Program-made: the position numbers and the translations under genes
The notes under the pieces: model-generated
The model's input: the letters and a program-made list of their open reading frames with translations, nothing else
Databases searched by the model: none
Told to the model about the DNA's origin: nothing
In this document: positions 1-9,082 of the stretch, one piece after another
Layout of the letters: every line of letters starts with the position of its first letter
Numbering within the stretch: position 1 is the stretch's first letter
NCBI GenBank assembly: GCA_024653945.1
Contig: JANLIT010000002.1
Span: 146,508 to 210,507 of the forward strand
Length of the DNA: 64,000 nt
Origin: Candidatus Campbellbacteria bacterium
GTDB lineage: Bacteria > Patescibacteriota > Minisyncoccia > Phycocordibacterales > EsbW-18
Direction: 5' to 3'

Positions 1-260
1 AAATTGCCATGATTCGTGCGGACGAACACATAACAGAGAACAAGCTTTCTGAAGACGTTCGTTTGGTGTTACAAATTCATGACGAATTGATATTTGAAGT
101 GCGCGAAGAAAAAGTTGCCGAGATTGTTCCTATTATTAAAAATATTATGGAGAAAGCCTTACCCGCGGATAAGGCAGGTGGAGTACCCATTCTTACCGAA
201 GCCTCATCAGGAAAGAGGTGGAGTGAGATGAAAAGGGTAAGCACAAAATCCAAAGCATAA
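1..260 (+). CDS. polA: DNA polymerase I, C-terminal fragment (5' end lies outside the window)
   Basis: ORF 9..260 translation contains ...VLQIHDELIFEV..., the conserved C-terminal motif of family-A polymerases. The frame is open back to position 1. Confidence 0.8.
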   Translation, partial: IAMIRADEHITENKLSEDVRLVLQIHDELIFEVREEKVAEIVPIIKNIMEKALPADKAGGVPILTEASSGKRWSEMKRVSTKSKA

Positions 261-312
261 ATATAATTTAAATGCCCCAGTCTCTAATCTCCAGTATCTA
301 GTCTCTATTTAT

Positions 313-1017
313 ATGTTATACGTCCTACACGGAACAGATAGAAAAAAGGTGAGAGAGGAATCAAAAAAGATTCTTACAGGTCTCGCGATCAAGCGACCCG
401 GTGCGCAAGTGTTTCGTCTTGTTGATGAAGGAGCAACAATTGAACGTCTTAAAGAACTTCTTGAAAGCACTGGGCTTTTTGAAGCAAAATATATTGTTGT
501 ATTGGAGTTTGCTCTTGGTGACGAAATATTTGATGAAGCAATTATGTCGCTAGCACCCGCCCTCGCTGAGTCAAAACATATTTTTGTTATCTTGGAAGAA
601 AAAATAGGAACACCACTACAAAAAGTTTTTGAAGAACATGCAAACAAAGTACAGGAACTCGATCTTCCTAAAGAAGAGAAAAAAAGATTCAACATTTTTG
701 CGCTTACCGACGCGTGCGTTCGTCGTGATAAAAAGAATGCATGGACTGTGTTGCAAAAGGCACTACGCGAAGGAATGGTTCCAGAAGAAATTTTTGGAAG
801 TGTGTGGTGGCAATTTAAAACCCTCGCACTTGTTGATAGAGGCGATACTGAGGGTATGAAACCATTCACTATTACCAAAGCACGAAGTGCCTTGAAACTT
901 TTTTCTCAAGAAGAAATTCATACGTTAACTCATGAACTTGTAACGCTGTACCACGAAGCACGTCGTGAAGGTCCACCGCTTGAAATTGCTTTGGAAAAAT
1001 TTATTTTGAATTTATAG
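313..1017 (+). CDS. DNA polymerase III delta subunit-like protein (tentative)
   Basis: 234 aa. N-terminus MLYVLHGTD and overall size/composition resemble HolA of small-genome bacteria. It lies next to polA. The family assignment is weak. Confidence 0.45.
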   Translation: MLYVLHGTDRKKVREESKKILTGLAIKRPGAQVFRLVDEGATIERLKELLESTGLFEAKYIVVLEFALGDEIFDEAIMSLAPALAESKHIFVILEEKIGTPLQKVFEEHANKVQELDLPKEEKKRFNIFALTDACVRRDKKNAWTVLQKALREGMVPEEIFGSVWWQFKTLALVDRGDTEGMKPFTITKARSALKLFSQEEIHTLTHELVTLYHEARREGPPLEIALEKFILNL

Positions 1018-1648
1018 AGGTGTCCTCTTTCCAAAAAACATCCCGCTCGAGCATGTCTTTGCTGACGACCTCAACGAATTTTTGCATCACAGGAAAACCT
1101 TCGGTCGCTTTCCTCTTTCTTTCGATATGGTCTTGATATGTGTGGTGGGTGCGCTTCAAGGAGCGCTCATTGATTGGATCAAAAAGCTCAAATAGTGGCT
1201 CAATCTTATCAAGTGCATATGCAAAACGTGCTTCGCGACCGTCTTTTTCAGTGTATGCGCGCCAACTTTCATGCCCAATCTCTCGTAAAGACGGAGGTAG
1301 AGATGCAAACACCTCCTCCGCATCAGCTTGTTCACGTTCCTCATCCACTTTTGTTTTCAAGTGATAGGGGATGTCTCCGTGTGTTATCTCACCAAAGTCA
1401 TGGAACAAGAGAATTCGATATAGCTTTTGAACGTCTAGTTTGTCATCAGGGTCCTCAAAAGGCAAAAAATATTCTGCAAGAAAAAGCAACGCAAACACAT
1501 GCTCGGCGACGGACTCGTTGTGTACTGTAAGGTCTCGATCCGATGCATACCGCAGCGTCCGCTTGAGTTTATAGGCGACTTTTATCTGTCGCACAGCTTC
1601 CATAATCTGTTCGTCGGACAGTTTTGTAGAAATGGATATAGGTTTCAT
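1001..1648 (-). CDS. HD-domain phosphohydrolase (YfbR-like 5'-deoxynucleotidase family)
   Basis: Motifs SVAEHVFALLFLAEY and LLFHDFGEITHGDIPY (H..HD...D). The start is taken at the internal MKPISIS because the upstream 36 nt of the ORF overlap tRNA-Lys. Confidence 0.7.
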   Translation of the reverse strand: MKPISISTKLSDEQIMEAVRQIKVAYKLKRTLRYASDRDLTVHNESVAEHVFALLFLAEYFLPFEDPDDKLDVQKLYRILLFHDFGEITHGDIPYHLKTKVDEEREQADAEEVFASLPPSLREIGHESWRAYTEKDGREARFAYALDKIEPLFELFDPINERSLKRTHHTYQDHIERKRKATEGFPVMQKFVEVVSKDMLERDVFWKEDTSINSK

Positions 1649-1652
1649 CTTG

Positions 1653-1726
1653 TCCGCCCGGTTGGATTCGGACCAACGACCCACTCCTTAAAAGGGAGGT
1701 GCTCTACCAGGCTGAGCTACGGGCGG
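1653..1726 (-). tRNA. tRNA-Lys (anticodon UUU)
   Basis: Cloverleaf read on the minus strand. Acceptor CCGCCCG/CGGGCGG; D-arm GCTC-AGCCTGGTA-GAGC; anticodon loop CTTTTAA; T-arm GTTGG-TCCGAAT-CCAAC. Confidence 0.8.
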
Positions 1727-1796
1727 TTAAGTGCGGAACATGGACACTGTACAACAAAATTTTCTTCCAGACAAACTTTTTCATTACTTCATGTTT

Positions 1797-1849
1797 TGTG
1801 TTACGTGCTATATGTTACATGCTACATGTTATATGCTACATGTTACATG
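1797..1849 (+). repeat. Tandem ~14-nt repeat TGTTACATGCTACA (x3.5) ending in the start codon of the SpoU gene
   Basis: Sequence ttacgtgctatatgttacatgctacatgttatatgctacatgttacatgaac. Related copies occur at 9505-9547 and 36753-36850. Confidence 0.7.
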
Positions 1850-2302
1850 AACACATACGTCATCCTTGATAACATTCGAAGCGTGCATAATGTCGGTTCT
1901 ATTTTCCGTACCTGTGATGCTGCGGGTGTTACGAAACTCTACTTGTGTGGACTTACGCCGATACCAGTGGACCGATTCGGGCGCGTGCGAAAAGATATGG
2001 CAAAAGTTGCGCTTGGTGCGGAAAAGAACGCTGCGTGGGAGTATGCATACAATACACAGGATGTAATTGAAAAACTAAAACAAGATGGAGTTTGGATTGT
2101 TGCCGTTGAGCAAAACCCACATTCAAAGCTCTGTACCGATATATCGGTACAGGGACCGATCGCGTTTGTATTTGGTGGGGAAGTGGCTGGTATTTCAAAA
2201 GAAATCCTCAAGATGTGTGATGAAATAATTGAAATTCCTATGCGCGGGAAAAAAGAATCACTCAACGTATCTGTTACTGTCGGCATTATTCTTTTTAGAT
2301 AA
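1847..2302 (+). CDS. SpoU/TrmH-family RNA 2'-O-methyltransferase
   Basis: Motifs LDNIRSVHNVGSIFRTCDAAG ... VFGGEVAGIS ... IPMRGKKESLNVSV are typical of SpoU methylases. The upstream in-frame extension of the ORF overlaps tRNA-Lys and was discarded. Confidence 0.75.
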   Translation: MNTYVILDNIRSVHNVGSIFRTCDAAGVTKLYLCGLTPIPVDRFGRVRKDMAKVALGAEKNAAWEYAYNTQDVIEKLKQDGVWIVAVEQNPHSKLCTDISVQGPIAFVFGGEVAGISKEILKMCDEIIEIPMRGKKESLNVSVTVGIILFR

Positions 2303-2312
2303 ATGACGTCCT

Positions 2313-2340
2313 CCCCGCAGTAGCCTGCGGGGTTTCCTGT
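2313..2340. terminator. Rho-independent terminator hairpin
   Basis: Inverted repeat ccccgcag tagc ctgcgggg followed by tttcctgtt. Confidence 0.6.
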
Positions 2341-2418
2341 TACATTAAAAAAGGACCGCAATGCTTCGCAGTCCCCAGAATGCGGGAGGGTGTTACCCCT
2401 CTGCACGCTCTTGTCGTC

Positions 2419-2712
2419 TTACCGAACGAAGATTTGGAGGACCATCTCTCCTTGCTTGGTCTTGAAGTGACGCTCGCTTCCTTCACCTTCTTCGGAGAAT
2501 GTCACCGAAAGAGGGATCTCGAAAGTCCCAAGGCTGGGGGGATTACTCCCCGTGTCCTCAAACTCCACCACCAAGAGCTCTCGATTCGTATCGACCGTGA
2601 GGCCCTTGATAACACCACCGGACAACTCGTTGTTCTGATTCCTCACAACTCTGCCCGTTGGGGCAGATTTTGCAACATCTTCCCATCCCTTGTCCTGAAT
2701 GAATCTGATCAT
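2419..2712 (-). CDS. Hypothetical small protein (GC-rich ORFan with strong SD)
   Basis: GAGGAGG sits 6 nt upstream of the ATG (MIRFIQDKGW...). GC content is clearly above that of neighbouring genes. No recognisable family. Confidence 0.5.
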   Translation of the reverse strand: MIRFIQDKGWEDVAKSAPTGRVVRNQNNELSGGVIKGLTVDTNRELLVVEFEDTGSNPPSLGTFEIPLSVTFSEEGEGSERHFKTKQGEMVLQIFVR

Positions 2713-2789
2713 ACATACCTCCTCAGCCAAGTGGCCGAAAGTTGACTTCTGGAAGCACTGTAGAGTATTTAGTGTCTTACGTCAAGTAT

Positions 2790-3764
2790 TTAACGATATT
2801 CAAGAATATCAACCACTTTTCCCGTGTCATCAATAAGGGCGATTGCCTCACGCCTTTCTCGCCACAGAGTCTTACTTGAACCCAAAAAGAGTCGCCACGT
2901 ATTTCCTAAAAAGTCAGAATCTGTTTTGTGTAGTTCGAGACATCCATCATATGTGGAATACGTACGTATAAAAGCTCTACAAAAACTAGGGGTGGTGCTT
3001 GCATAGGTTCCGCGGTCACACGAACCAGTGTTTTCAATGCCATCCATGCACGCGTCGTATTCTTCTTCATCGTCAAATGCGTCTGGTGTAATGCCAAATG
3101 ACACAAGGTCTTCATCTTCTAGGAGGGGACACGACTGCCACATACTTGGATTAAAGTTGTAACTACGGTTCAAATATCCTGTACATTTGTTTTCTAAAAA
3201 TCCCGTGTTTATTCCAACTGCGTATCGCGAATTTATAATCGCCCGCTCGCCTGGTGCAAGAAAGACGTTTTGTTCTTTTTTCCACGGCTGGTTACCTTCA
3301 AGAACGGCAACACCTTTTGGTATAGCAACACGAGTACCAGAAACCAGACTTTCAAGTTTCCATCCAGAAATAACAATCGGGGCAGTATTTGCACCACTGG
3401 CTTCAATGATGAGATATTCATCACGAGAATTTTGTGTGTAGGTATTACCCGCGCTCAAAGTAATCATTCCGTGGTATACAGATTGGTTTTTTTCATCAAG
3501 GGCCTCTTGTACCGCCCGTGCAATTTTTGCAATTTCATCTTCAATACGGTTTAATTCGCCCTGTTTGTATTCTGCGTCACTGACAACGCCATCATTATTG
3601 TTGTCATATGAACGGGTGTATGCCGCAGAACTTTCAATAGAATCAGTACCACCCAAAAAACTGTATGACGAAGAATTATTAAGGACGGGAACAGTTTCTT
3701 GTACGTACGAGATAAAAAAGACGGCCGCAATGATAAAAAAAAGAAATTTGACGAGGTCGTTCAT
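2790..3764 (-). CDS. Membrane-anchored secreted protein, possible lamin-tail-like domain
   Basis: N-terminal TM helix FLFFIIAAVFFISYV. Segment VISGWKLES...GTRVAIPKGVAVLEGNQ...LAPGERAIIN resembles an LTD fold. Cys-rich C-terminus. Confidence 0.5.
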   Translation of the reverse strand: MNDLVKFLFFIIAAVFFISYVQETVPVLNNSSSYSFLGGTDSIESSAAYTRSYDNNNDGVVSDAEYKQGELNRIEDEIAKIARAVQEALDEKNQSVYHGMITLSAGNTYTQNSRDEYLIIEASGANTAPIVISGWKLESLVSGTRVAIPKGVAVLEGNQPWKKEQNVFLAPGERAIINSRYAVGINTGFLENKCTGYLNRSYNFNPSMWQSCPLLEDEDLVSFGITPDAFDDEEEYDACMDGIENTGSCDRGTYASTTPSFCRAFIRTYSTYDGCLELHKTDSDFLGNTWRLFLGSSKTLWRERREAIALIDDTGKVVDILEYR

Positions 3765-3812
3765 ATAAAGTAGAGGTTGGAAGTTGGATATGGGAAGTTG
3801 GAATGGGGGTGA

Positions 3813-5102
3813 TTAGTTTAGTTTTTTCAACTCTTCTCTGACTACCGTTGCGTCGTCCCAAGGTATTTTACTCCCATTCGGACCCATAATATACGGGTCG
3901 GTACCTTTGCCGGTTATAAGAACAGCAACACGCGCGTGGGGGTTTGTTGTAGCCATTTTTTGGGCCAGTACGAGTGCTTCATGGAGGGCCTCTCGTCTAT
4001 CAAGAATAATAGAAAGTTTTGATGTATCTTGTATACCCTCCGCCATTTGTTCTAGAATTTTTTGAGGGTCTTCGTCATATGGGTCTTCGTTGGTGAGAAA
4101 AATATGTTGGCAAGATGCTTCGGCAATACGCGCCATTTCAGGGCGCTTCCATGTGTCGCGTCCACCTCCAGTATTTCCAAGAACACCAACAACTCGAGAA
4201 AGAGAGAATGCCTCATAGATGCTTTTTAGTGAATCAGGTGTGTGTGCGTAGTCCACCACCACATCAAACGCTTGGCCTTCTCGTATAAATTCTGCACGCC
4301 CAGGAACGCTGGTTACACTTTCTAGCCCCTCTTTTATTTTCTGGGGTGGAATGTTTTGGCTCTGTGCAAAAGTTGCAGCCGATAGTGCGTTATACACATT
4401 AAAAAGTCCTGGAATAGCGAGATGGATACGCTCTCCACCAAATCCAAACTCATAACCCGTGCTTGTTTGGCTGTACGGTTTTGCGTCTGAAAGATGAAAA
4501 GGAAATGCACGATTGGCGCCACACTCTAAAAACGAAAGTGCCTCAGCATCGTCTGCGTTTGCAATAATCGCAGTATTTTGTTTGTGTGAGTGTGCAAGTT
4601 GTTGTGCGACAGACAATTTTGCATCGCGATAGTTCTCAAATGAGCCGTGTGATTCAAGGTGTTCGGGCGCGAGATTGGTAAAAATAAGCGCATCCATGGC
4701 AATCCATTTGTGGCGGAACTGTTTCGCACCCTCACTCGTCATTTCAATGATTGCCCAATCACATTTCTCAGTAACTGCGTTACGCAGAAACTTTTGCACA
4801 AAAAATCGCCCCGGAATCGTCATTTTGTAGAGGTTGCGTGTTTCGGTGTCGGCAACTTTGAAACGAATGGTGCCAAGAAGCGCGGTTGTGTATCCCGCGG
4901 ACTCAAGAATTGCATTTACCAACTCTGCTGTTGTTGATTTTCCTTTGGTGCCGGTGATGGCAACAACTTTGATATGGCGAGAAGGGAAGCGATAGACAAG
5001 CGTACCGAGGAGGGCGAGTTTCCAGTGGTAGATTGGTTGCAATGCCGTAAACAGCTTTGTGGGAATGAACCGTTTGATGAACCGAAGAGTTTTGTTGAGC
5101 AT
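3813..5102 (-). CDS. murE: UDP-N-acetylmuramoyl-tripeptide synthetase (Mur ligase, MurE-type)
   Basis: ITGTKGKSTT P-loop, DYAHTPDSL motif, Mur ligase middle and C-terminal domains. Confidence 0.75.
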   Translation of the reverse strand: MLNKTLRFIKRFIPTKLFTALQPIYHWKLALLGTLVYRFPSRHIKVVAITGTKGKSTTAELVNAILESAGYTTALLGTIRFKVADTETRNLYKMTIPGRFFVQKFLRNAVTEKCDWAIIEMTSEGAKQFRHKWIAMDALIFTNLAPEHLESHGSFENYRDAKLSVAQQLAHSHKQNTAIIANADDAEALSFLECGANRAFPFHLSDAKPYSQTSTGYEFGFGGERIHLAIPGLFNVYNALSAATFAQSQNIPPQKIKEGLESVTSVPGRAEFIREGQAFDVVVDYAHTPDSLKSIYEAFSLSRVVGVLGNTGGGRDTWKRPEMARIAEASCQHIFLTNEDPYDEDPQKILEQMAEGIQDTSKLSIILDRREALHEALVLAQKMATTNPHARVAVLITGKGTDPYIMGPNGSKIPWDDATVVREELKKLN

Positions 5103-5152
5103 GCTTGTTTATCAAGGTTAAACCTCGATATATCGAGGTTTAACCTTGATGA

Positions 5153-5722
5153 TTACCTGCCACCGAGAATTTTTAGGGCTTCTTTTATGCGTTCGTTTGT
5201 GCCGATTTTTGATACATCAATTTTTTTCACCGCATCACGTGCCTCTGTTTGTGAGTAACCCAATGACACAAGCACTTCCACCACATCAGCATCTTCACGA
5301 AGTTCTCCGCCCATCTCGCCGCGACTGCCGAGTCGGTCTTTGAGCGTTACCACAATGCGCTCTGCAGTTTTCTTTCCAATGCCGGATACTTTGGTGAGGT
5401 AGGTAATATTTTCTTCAGCAATAGCACGTCGAAGTGTCTCGGCACTTGCAAGCGAGAGTACGGCAAGAGCGGACTTCGGACCAATGCCCGGTACCGCTAA
5501 GAGCATTTCAAAAAATGCCAATTCGTCGCGGTCGGCAAATCCAAACAAATCCATAGATGTTTCGCGCACCGCCATATGCGTCCACAACGAAATCGTGTCA
5601 CCAATTTTTATTTTTGATGCCGTGTCGCGTGCCACATGAACACCGTAGCCAATGCCAGCAACATCAATAACGATGAGTCCTGGTTCTGTGTGAAGTGCTG
5701 TGCCTGAAATGTGGGAAATCAT
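5153..5722 (-). CDS. ruvA: Holliday junction DNA helicase RuvA
   Basis: MISHISGTAL...IDVAGIGYGVHV (OB domain), LLAVPGIGPKSALAVLS and VSGIGKKTAERIV (two HhH), C-terminal domain. Confidence 0.85.
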   Translation of the reverse strand: MISHISGTALHTEPGLIVIDVAGIGYGVHVARDTASKIKIGDTISLWTHMAVRETSMDLFGFADRDELAFFEMLLAVPGIGPKSALAVLSLASAETLRRAIAEENITYLTKVSGIGKKTAERIVVTLKDRLGSRGEMGGELREDADVVEVLVSLGYSQTEARDAVKKIDVSKIGTNERIKEALKILGGR

Positions 5723-5861
5723 ATATGAAGTATAAGCTCAAAATCCAAATATCAAAATCCAAAAACTTTTACTACTTGCTACTTGCTACTTTTCTTGCTA
5801 TGTTTACTACGCTCTACAAACTAAGAAGCTATAAAAGCTACAAGCTAAGAAGCTAATTCCT

Positions 5862-6128
5862 ATGCCAATAATCAAAGCAGCAAAAAAGGCACTTCGCAGT
5901 TCCGCACGAAAGCGTGTGGTTAACTTGCGTCGTACACGTGCCATGAAAGAAGTGGTGAAGGATATTCGCGATCTTACAGGAAAGGGTAGTGTAAAAGATG
6001 CGCAGGCAAAACTCGCCAGTGCCTACCAGGCAATTGATAAGGCGGCAAAACTCGGTATTATCAAAAAGAATGCAGCTTCACGAAAGAAATCACGCCTTGC
6101 CAAACTTCTTAAAAAATCATCGCAATAA
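5862..6128 (+). CDS. rpsT: 30S ribosomal protein S20
   Basis: MPIIKAAKKALRSSARKRVVNLRRTRAMKEV..., basic 88 aa. Confidence 0.85.
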   Translation: MPIIKAAKKALRSSARKRVVNLRRTRAMKEVVKDIRDLTGKGSVKDAQAKLASAYQAIDKAAKLGIIKKNAASRKKSRLAKLLKKSSQ

Positions 6129-6133
6129 TTCTA

Positions 6134-6162
6134 AAAACACCAGCCTCGGGCTGGTGTTTTTG
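6134..6162. terminator. Rho-independent terminator
   Basis: caccagcctcgggctggtg followed by tttttgtttg. Confidence 0.7.
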
Positions 6163-6211
6163 TTTGTGCGGTGGTATTGTCTCGGCAGATTCAACCAAGG
6201 GGAGAAACGCC

Positions 6212-6544
6212 ATGGGGAAGACTGTGTGGTATATCAAACCGAAGAATGGACATACCTCGGAAGCAGTCGGGAGAGTGACTTCCGACGAGGACCTGCGTTA
6301 CGAAATAAGATGCTCCGATGGGGTTAAGAGGAATCTTTACCGATGTGAGTGGGGAGTCCTCGAGACCGCCTTGGGCTCGGCGGAGAACATCTATCTTCAC
6401 TTCAATGTCTGGAGACAACGGGGGACCAGTCTTCCGGCGCCCTTTGATCCACGAAAGGTGTTCGTGGGGAAGGAGCCTCCTAAGGTTCAAGCACGTACAT
6501 GGCTCGCCAAGCAGAAGGCGCGCAAGGCCGCTCACACGTCGTGA
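6212..6544 (+). CDS. Hypothetical small basic protein (GC-rich ORFan with SD)
   Basis: AAGGGGAG lies 7 nt upstream of the ATG (MGKTVWYIKPKNGH...). GC content is well above flanking genes. A hairpin terminator overlaps the stop codon. Confidence 0.5.
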   Translation: MGKTVWYIKPKNGHTSEAVGRVTSDEDLRYEIRCSDGVKRNLYRCEWGVLETALGSAENIYLHFNVWRQRGTSLPAPFDPRKVFVGKEPPKVQARTWLAKQKARKAAHTS

Positions 6545-6557
6545 GCGGTTGTTTTTT
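6528..6557. terminator. Terminator hairpin
   Basis: ccgctcacacgtcgtgagcgg followed by ttgttttttt. Confidence 0.6.
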
Positions 6558-6567
6558 TATCTAGAAT

Positions 6568-7143
6568 CTATTCAACAAGATATTTTTCAATCAAACGTCG
6601 GGCAACTTTATTGAGAAGTATGATAACGACAATAATAAGCGCAATGCCAACCTCAAGTCGTGGAAGAAAATGTTGTGTTGAAAAGAGAGAGGCACTGAGC
6701 ACGTATGCCAAAACCCAAATAACGGATGACCACACAAACGTGGTGATTATGTTTGCTTCAAGGAATTGCTTTATGGGAACACCAATCATTCCCATACGAA
6801 TAAGTGTTGGACGACTCAAACCGTATAGAAAACGGGTGATGAGAAGTGATTTAAATATGTGCGCATGAAAAAGATGGTCAAATTGTCCTGCTTCACGGGT
6901 AACCCATGCGCTTATTTTTTTAGAGAGCGAAAGATTGGTGCCGAGCAAGAACCACAACAAATCACCGATAAAAACTCCAAGAAGTGTTATAGCGAGAATA
7001 TCGTAAAAGTTCAAAGAACCTTGGTGTACAAGAAAGGCGGCAAGAAAAAGAGTAAGCTCACCTTCAATGAGTAGTCCAACAAAAATGAGAACGTATGCGA
7101 ATACGTGGTATGTCTGAAGATACTGAAGAAATAGTGTGTGCAT
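6568..7143 (-). CDS. DedA/SNARE-associated family membrane protein
   Basis: Multi-TM protein: GLLIEGELTLFLAAFL, LLGVFIGDLLWFLLG, FLYGLSRPTLIRMGMIGV. Start taken at the ATG at 7141-7143 because the upstream part of the ORF overlaps tRNA-Ser. Confidence 0.7.
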   Translation of the reverse strand: MHTLFLQYLQTYHVFAYVLIFVGLLIEGELTLFLAAFLVHQGSLNFYDILAITLLGVFIGDLLWFLLGTNLSLSKKISAWVTREAGQFDHLFHAHIFKSLLITRFLYGLSRPTLIRMGMIGVPIKQFLEANIITTFVWSSVIWVLAYVLSASLFSTQHFLPRLEVGIALIIVVIILLNKVARRLIEKYLVE

Positions 7144-7144
7144 C

Positions 7145-7234
7145 TGGCGGTGGGAGTGAGATTCGAACTCACGGTCCCCGTTAAGGGACACCGCATTTCA
7201 AGTGCGGCGCGTTAGACCTCTCTGCCATCCCACC
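7145..7234 (-). tRNA. tRNA-Ser (anticodon UGA)
   Basis: Acceptor GGTGGGA/TCCCACC; anticodon loop CTTGAAA; long variable arm GTCCCTTAACGGGGACC; T-arm GTGAG-TTCGAAT-CTCAC; encoded CCA. Confidence 0.85.
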
Positions 7235-7279
7235 AGTACCAAGAAGATACTAACAAAGTCCTCTTTGAGCAAGGTGTAG

Positions 7280-7756
7280 ATGTGGTACGCTATAGGTATG
7301 CAAATTCACCTTGCGTGGAAGACATTGGAATACGAACACAAACCACGGAGCTCCGATTGGTTCTGGGGACTCGGTATTATTGCGATTGCGGGAGTCATTC
7401 TTTCAATTTTTTTAGGAAATTTTCTTTTTGGTGTTGTGATTGGTGTTGGTGCGGTTGCTCTCGGCTTACATGCACTTCGCCATCCGCATATCATAGAGTG
7501 TGAGATTCAAGACAGAGGGGTGCGTATTGGTGACACCCTTTTCCCGTATCGTACGCTTGAGTCTTTTTGGATAGATGAGCGCCTCATTCCAAATCGACTT
7601 CTTCTTAAATCACAAAAAATGTTTATGCCCCACATCATTGTGCCCCTTGCTGATATTTCTACCGATGAGGTTCGCGATACTCTTTTGCAGTATCTAGACG
7701 AAGAGGAGGTGCACGAAACATTTTCTGATAGAATTGTTGAGCTCGCTGGTTTTTAG
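7280..7756 (+). CDS. Hypothetical membrane protein
   Basis: Two predicted TM helices (WFWGLGIIAIAGVILSIFLGNFLFGVVIGVGAVALGL). Acidic C-terminus. Confidence 0.5.
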   Translation: MWYAIGMQIHLAWKTLEYEHKPRSSDWFWGLGIIAIAGVILSIFLGNFLFGVVIGVGAVALGLHALRHPHIIECEIQDRGVRIGDTLFPYRTLESFWIDERLIPNRLLLKSQKMFMPHIIVPLADISTDEVRDTLLQYLDEEEVHETFSDRIVELAGF

Positions 7757-7816
7757 TGGCGCCTCGTCATCATTTTTGCTAGAGTGTGCGTGTTGGACTC
7801 TCGTGTGGAAAATTCG

Positions 7817-7969
7817 CTCCTGTATGGAGTACCATACGGAAGCTCAGTCGGACCACATATGTGCTTGAGCTCCCACGTCCTCGGACCCGAGTAAAAAAGA
7901 AAACAGGCTTTCTTTTTTACTCTCTCCTCGAACGCTTCGCTCTACGCACATGCGTGTCATCCTCTTTTC
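7817..7969 (+). repeat. Conserved noncoding leader element, copy A, directly abutting tRNA-Arg
   Basis: About 85% identical to 12688-12841 (ctcctgtatggagtaccat...gaccacatat...gagctcccacgtcctcgga...aaaagaaaacaggctttctttttt...ctctcctcgaacgct...catgcgtgtca). The reading frames of the two copies differ, so it is not protein-coding. Confidence 0.7.
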
Positions 7970-8041
7970 GCTCCCGTCGTTCAACGGATAGGACGGCAGC
8001 TTGCGGAGCTGCTGATGTAGGTTCGATTCCTACCGGGGGCA
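7970..8041 (+). tRNA. tRNA-Arg (anticodon read as GCG)
   Basis: Acceptor GCTCCCG/CGGGGGC; anticodon stem GCAGC/GCTGC with loop TTGCGGA; T-arm GTAGG-TTCGATT-CCTAC. Confidence 0.7.
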
Positions 8042-8055
8042 CACTACACAATTAT

Positions 8056-8745
8056 ATGAAATTTGAGGAATCCTCAATATCTAAAGAACAAAGGCCAAAT
8101 TCCGAGGTGTATACCAAAGAATACGAAAGAATAAAAACTTGGCTTTTAAAACTTTTTAAGGATAAAAATGAGGAAGAAATAGAGGGCCTGTATTCTGAGA
8201 TACAATTTCTTGTATCTGCTATTGGGGAGGATCCAAGTATAATAATTGAAAAAATTAAGAAAGGGTGGAACCAAGAAGATCCGGAAGAATTTGTTGCTAT
8301 AGTTTTTGGTGCCACAAAAAAATATATAGACCAAAAAATAGAACACCCAGAAATTTTTGAAGAAATACGTCGAGAAAGAAGAATACAACGATTCGGAACT
8401 ATTAAATTGAGTGAACTTATGTATTATAGCCTTGACCTTCAAAACGGTGTGGCGATTATTCACGTCGAACCAAAGGGAAATTTAGGGTTTGGCGGAATAC
8501 TAAAATCATTTCGTGATGGAATGAAAGAGCTTGCAAAACAGGCAAAAAAAGACGAAAGAATAAAAGAAATTAAAGCCATGTCTTGGATAGTTGCATCAAA
8601 CCCCGGTCTCTTAGAAAAAGCTGGTTTTATAGTTGACGGTCCAATGGATGAAAAAACGAAAGTCCAACATTTCGGCGATGAAGAAAGACCGGTTTCGGTG
8701 GCTCACATGAGTAGGGAGACGTTGTTAGAAAAATATCTTGGTTAA
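8056..8745 (+). CDS. Hypothetical protein (AT-rich, first gene of a two-gene cassette)
   Basis: 230 aa, Lys/Glu-rich. Markedly lower GC than its surroundings. Starts 15 nt after tRNA-Arg. Confidence 0.5.
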   Translation: MKFEESSISKEQRPNSEVYTKEYERIKTWLLKLFKDKNEEEIEGLYSEIQFLVSAIGEDPSIIIEKIKKGWNQEDPEEFVAIVFGATKKYIDQKIEHPEIFEEIRRERRIQRFGTIKLSELMYYSLDLQNGVAIIHVEPKGNLGFGGILKSFRDGMKELAKQAKKDERIKEIKAMSWIVASNPGLLEKAGFIVDGPMDEKTKVQHFGDEERPVSVAHMSRETLLEKYLG

Positions 8746-8770
8746 TTGGTCTCTCATATCGGCTAACTAT

Positions 8771-9082
8771 ATGGAAAGTTCTGAACAATATATTCCCGAA
8801 ATACCGCCTACTCCAGATGTGCTAACAACACGTCTTGAGCTTGAGTACCGTGGCAAGCTTCAACACAATATCCTCATAAGCATTGGCAAGAGGGCCTTTG
8901 ACTCGGACTCCGCATATGAGCACGGAAAGAAAATTTTGGATTATATAAGTGCCATTATTGACGCTGATACTCCAGAGGGGGAAGAAATTCGAGAACTTGC
9001 CCGTGCTGAAAAATATGAAGAAGCAGAGACAAAGGTCATCGCGCTTCTTGACTTGAAAAAAGTAGAACTACCCCAAGCATGA
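8771..9082 (+). CDS. Hypothetical protein (second gene of the AT-rich cassette)
   Basis: ORF 8738..9082 overlaps the upstream gene. Start chosen at the internal MESSEQYIP. Acidic 104 aa. Confidence 0.4.
   Translation: MESSEQYIPEIPPTPDVLTTRLELEYRGKLQHNILISIGKRAFDSDSAYEHGKKILDYISAIIDADTPEGEEIRELARAEKYEEAETKVIALLDLKKVELPQA

Noticed and set aside
1499-2302. 267-aa ORF extending the SpoU methylase upstream
   Set aside because: The upstream 350 nt run antisense through tRNA-Lys and a tandem-repeat tract. The start was trimmed to the ATG at 1847 (an in-frame ATG at 1820 is an alternative).
2380-2745. +strand 121-aa ORF overlapping the GC-rich minus-strand gene
   Set aside because: The minus-strand ORF has a perfect GAGGAGG SD, and a convergent terminator at 2313-2340 lies at its end. 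The +ORF has no initiation signal.
5723-5861. Low-complexity tandem tracts (ctacttgctacttgctact; aagaagcta/aagctacaagcta) upstream of rpsT
   Set aside because: These are short simple-sequence repeats in a promoter region. Only the embedded AAAATCCAAA modules link them to another family. No independent feature is proposed.
7817-7969. Possibility that the duplicated leader is RNase P RNA, SRP RNA, 6S RNA or a hammerhead ribozyme
   Set aside because: None of the universal motifs (GGAAAGUCCGG, the SRP domain IV GNAR motif, CUGAUGA...GAAA) are present. The element exists in two copies.
7786-8055. N-terminal 90 codons of ORF 7786..8745
   Set aside because: This part reads through the conserved noncoding leader and the tRNA-Arg gene. 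Its reading frame is not conserved in the second copy. The real CDS starts at 8056.
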